A DNA stretch of 64,000 nt. Source: Octopus sinensis (taxonomy: Eukaryota). Below are positions 61,414 through 64,000 of this stretch, in pieces; positions within the stretch are counted from its first letter, which is position 1, and the number at the start of each line of letters is the position of its first letter. A program made the translations under genes and the position numbers. The notes under the pieces are model-generated. The model was not told the DNA's origin and searched no databases. It saw only the letters and a program-made list of their open reading frames with translations. The stretch is from the NCBI RefSeq assembly GCF_006345805.1, contig NC_043001.1, positions 930,001 through 994,000 on the forward strand. The letters are read 5' to 3'.

Positions 61414-62139
61414 AGACCAATCTTTGGCCACAAATTGGAGGGTCAACTTTAGGAATGTTCCAATGTGTTCACTGTGCTGCATCTGTAATAGAATGGATGA
61501 AACCATTGCTCATTCTGTGAAATGATGCCTTACACTTGCCTAAATGCATTATGGGTTGTGGGGACAGGATGAGGTAGTGAAAGTGCTACATTAGAAATTA
61601 TGTGTAAAGAGGGGTCCAGAGCAAGGCAAGTTGTGGCATGAGCACAAACCACAGAGGGTGGCAGTGACGGAGATCTGCAAAATCCTTCCCAATCCAAATA
61701 AAACAGGTGCTAGAGTACAAGTCAGATCTAGTGGCGGTGGTAAGGTGTACAACATGTGCTATACAACTGATGTTGACTGCTCAAGAAGGAAGGCAAAAAA
61801 TATAGATATTTACAATTCTTTAAAGTACGAAATTACCTGGCAATGGGAAGCAGAGAAGGTGAAGATAGTGCCAACTATTGTTGGGTCCTTGGGGATAGTA
61901 TCAGAAAGCATCAAGAGGAATATAAAGGAAATCAGAATAGATTGCCCAGTAGAACTGTTATAAAAGGTTTGCCAGCTTGATACAAGCAGAATAATGAGAA
62001 AAATATCAGATAGTCAAAAAGAACAGATAGCATGGTATTGTAGGCTGCAATTAGCCATCCCACTATGCATGCAAGGTTCCAGGAATTCCAACGAAATCTG
62101 AGCTAAAAACAACACAACAACAACAACAATAATAATAAT
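61414..62139 (+). mobile_element. Second R4/Dong-like LINE fragment (CCHC + REL), immediately downstream
   Basis: CCICNRMDETIAH..C zinc finger, WHEHKPQRV..CKIL, YNSLKYEI..W..KIVPTIVGSLG; (AAC)/(AAT) tail. Confidence 0.7.
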
Positions 62140-62320
62140 CTTTTCTACCTAAGGCATGAGGCCTGAAATTTTTGTGTTTCACTGGTACTTAATTTATTGA
62201 CCCTGAAAAGATGAAAGGCAAAGTTGACCTCAGCAGAATATGAACTCAAAACGTGAAGGTGGACAAAATACTGCTTATCGTTTTGCCCGGTGTGTTAATG
62301 ATTCTGCCAGCTTGCTGCTT
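62140..62320 (-). mobile_element. tRNA-derived SINE (short family)
   Basis: GATGAAAGGCAAAGTTGACCTC.GCAGAAT.TGAACTC..TTTGCCCGG, as at 8520 and 31545. Confidence 0.65.
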
Positions 62321-64000
62321 TGATGATTACCATAATGATAATCCTTTGTTTGACATGCAAATATATATGTATATGTAGGTGTATATATATATCAAAAGGG
62401 TTCAAAATGAACCTGAAGCTGTATAAACAAAATAAAAATGGATGAAAGGGAAGAATATAATAGAAAATTAATAGTATATGAAAAACGAATTGAAATTTTT
62501 TATGAATATAAACAAAGACACAATTTTAAAGTGATTGGAACTGTTGTCTTTAGAGGGCTCAGAGAACACCAAAATGCCAACCACGGTGCATTCCAAACAT
62601 TTGTCTTCTCCTGACTGCAATCTCCATCATGAAAACCACGTTTTCTCCCTTTCTCCACAAAAACAGAAATGAGCTCTCACATTTAAGTGTTTCCTTAGTT
62701 GCATCCATCTTCCATCAAATTTGATTGAGAACATCACTTCATTTCTTACTCTCAGCCTTAACTTCAAGTGGAATTCAAAAATGTTGAAGAGAGTTTTGGT
62801 GCAGAAATTGAGAACTGCTTTCAATCATTTTAAACACATTCATCATGTGACCGACTTTTTTTTTACCATAAACACCAGACAGAGGAAAACTGTTTGCTGT
62901 GTCTGGTAAGGGCAAACCTTTTGAGGGGCTTTGATTACTGCCAGATCTCTCACGACAGTTCACCTTTACTCTGTATGTTAACAATACTCAGAGACTGAAG
63001 AAATATATGATGAATGGTTTTATCAATCATTACAAATGTCAGGCAAGTGCAACAGATGGCACTTTCATGTCTGTAGAATATATTCTCAGTTGGTAATGAT
63101 ACCTTGCTCCCATTAGCACTGCCTGGTCAGTGATTTCTGGAACTTGTCCATAGACTCTACACAGAAACTTCTCTGTAATACCAAGGATCTCCCCATGAAC
63201 ATAGTAACTCAAACTCATCACTGATATTTCCCCGATAAACATAAGCTGAATGATCCTGCAATACGGTATATATGCCCTTCATTTCAATCCCGTATCATCT
63301 CCACAGTGACACCAACAACATCAGGCCATGATGATGCTCCTTCTTACATTGTTCAATGTTTCTTCTGTCACCAAATTCAGGTAGTATTGTTTTCAGGTAT
63401 GAACCCTCTGGGCAGCTGCTTGTGGATCCCATGGGTCTAGAGGCCCCACACTAATTCATATGTATATGGTGACCTGAGTACATTGCTTTGACCTGGTTGT
63501 GGCCTATAATGCTGTTATATGGTACTCCTGCAACCAGTAACATGTCTGCAACAATTTTCCAATCCACATCTCTCTGCTCATTCAATATTAAAATCCTTAA
63601 GTAAGGATTATTTTAGAATAACTTTCGACATTTCCAGAACTGAAAACCTGTTTTTAATCATGACAAAAAAAAGTTTTAAAAATGGATGTGTGGGTGTGTG
63701 TGTGTTTACACACTGTGTATATCATGAACAACAAATTATTTGGTTGTTTCTTTTTTTTCTGTTTTCCTTCACTGTTTCTTGAATGTGAAGCTAATTTCTA
63801 ACCAAAAACATCACTAAAAGAAAATGAAATTTATTACTGAAAGAATGTTTTATTCTGTTTAAACATTGCTAGAATTTAAAATATATTTTCACTCATAAAT
63901 AATACTTCATTGATTTATTTTTTGGTATTTTTTATCTTTCAGAATTTAAAGCTAATTTCTTGCCATAAACAACACTGGATAACAAAGAAAAAAAAATGAT

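Noticed and set aside
63000-63330. Possible decayed RT fragment on the minus strand
   Set aside because: Only a vague resemblance to the RT region before QG; no diagnostic motif intact.

Overview
AT-rich, repeat-saturated eukaryotic DNA that reads as intronic or intergenic. The repeat families suggest an octopus or other coleoid cephalopod; this is inferred from recognising them, not from a database search. No host protein-coding gene can be named, and only weak candidate exons are visible. The window is a layered graveyard of mobile elements: RTE-clade LINEs (one 3.4 kb decayed EN+RT copy and many 3' ends with (GAT)n tails), R4/Dong-like REL-endonuclease LINE fragments at (TAA)/(AAC) tracts, tRNA-derived SINEs, two DD37D/maT-type and one DD34D mariner remnant, a hAT element with an 8-bp TSD, non-autonomous Helitrons, several fold-back elements and long microsatellites. 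Standouts: (1) a ~2 kb retroelement with a gag-like CCHC ORF but no reverse transcriptase, whose 3' tail matches a local SINE tail and which sits inside a diverged relative of itself; (2) a complete minimal type I hammerhead ribozyme motif in a Penelope-like fold-back remnant; (3) a minus-strand polypyrimidine-CAG|GTAAGT site with recursive-splice-site architecture; (4) a 387-bp fold-back duplication centred on a tiny RTE tail. Most ORFs in the supplied track are microsatellite translations. Boundaries of decayed elements are approximate.
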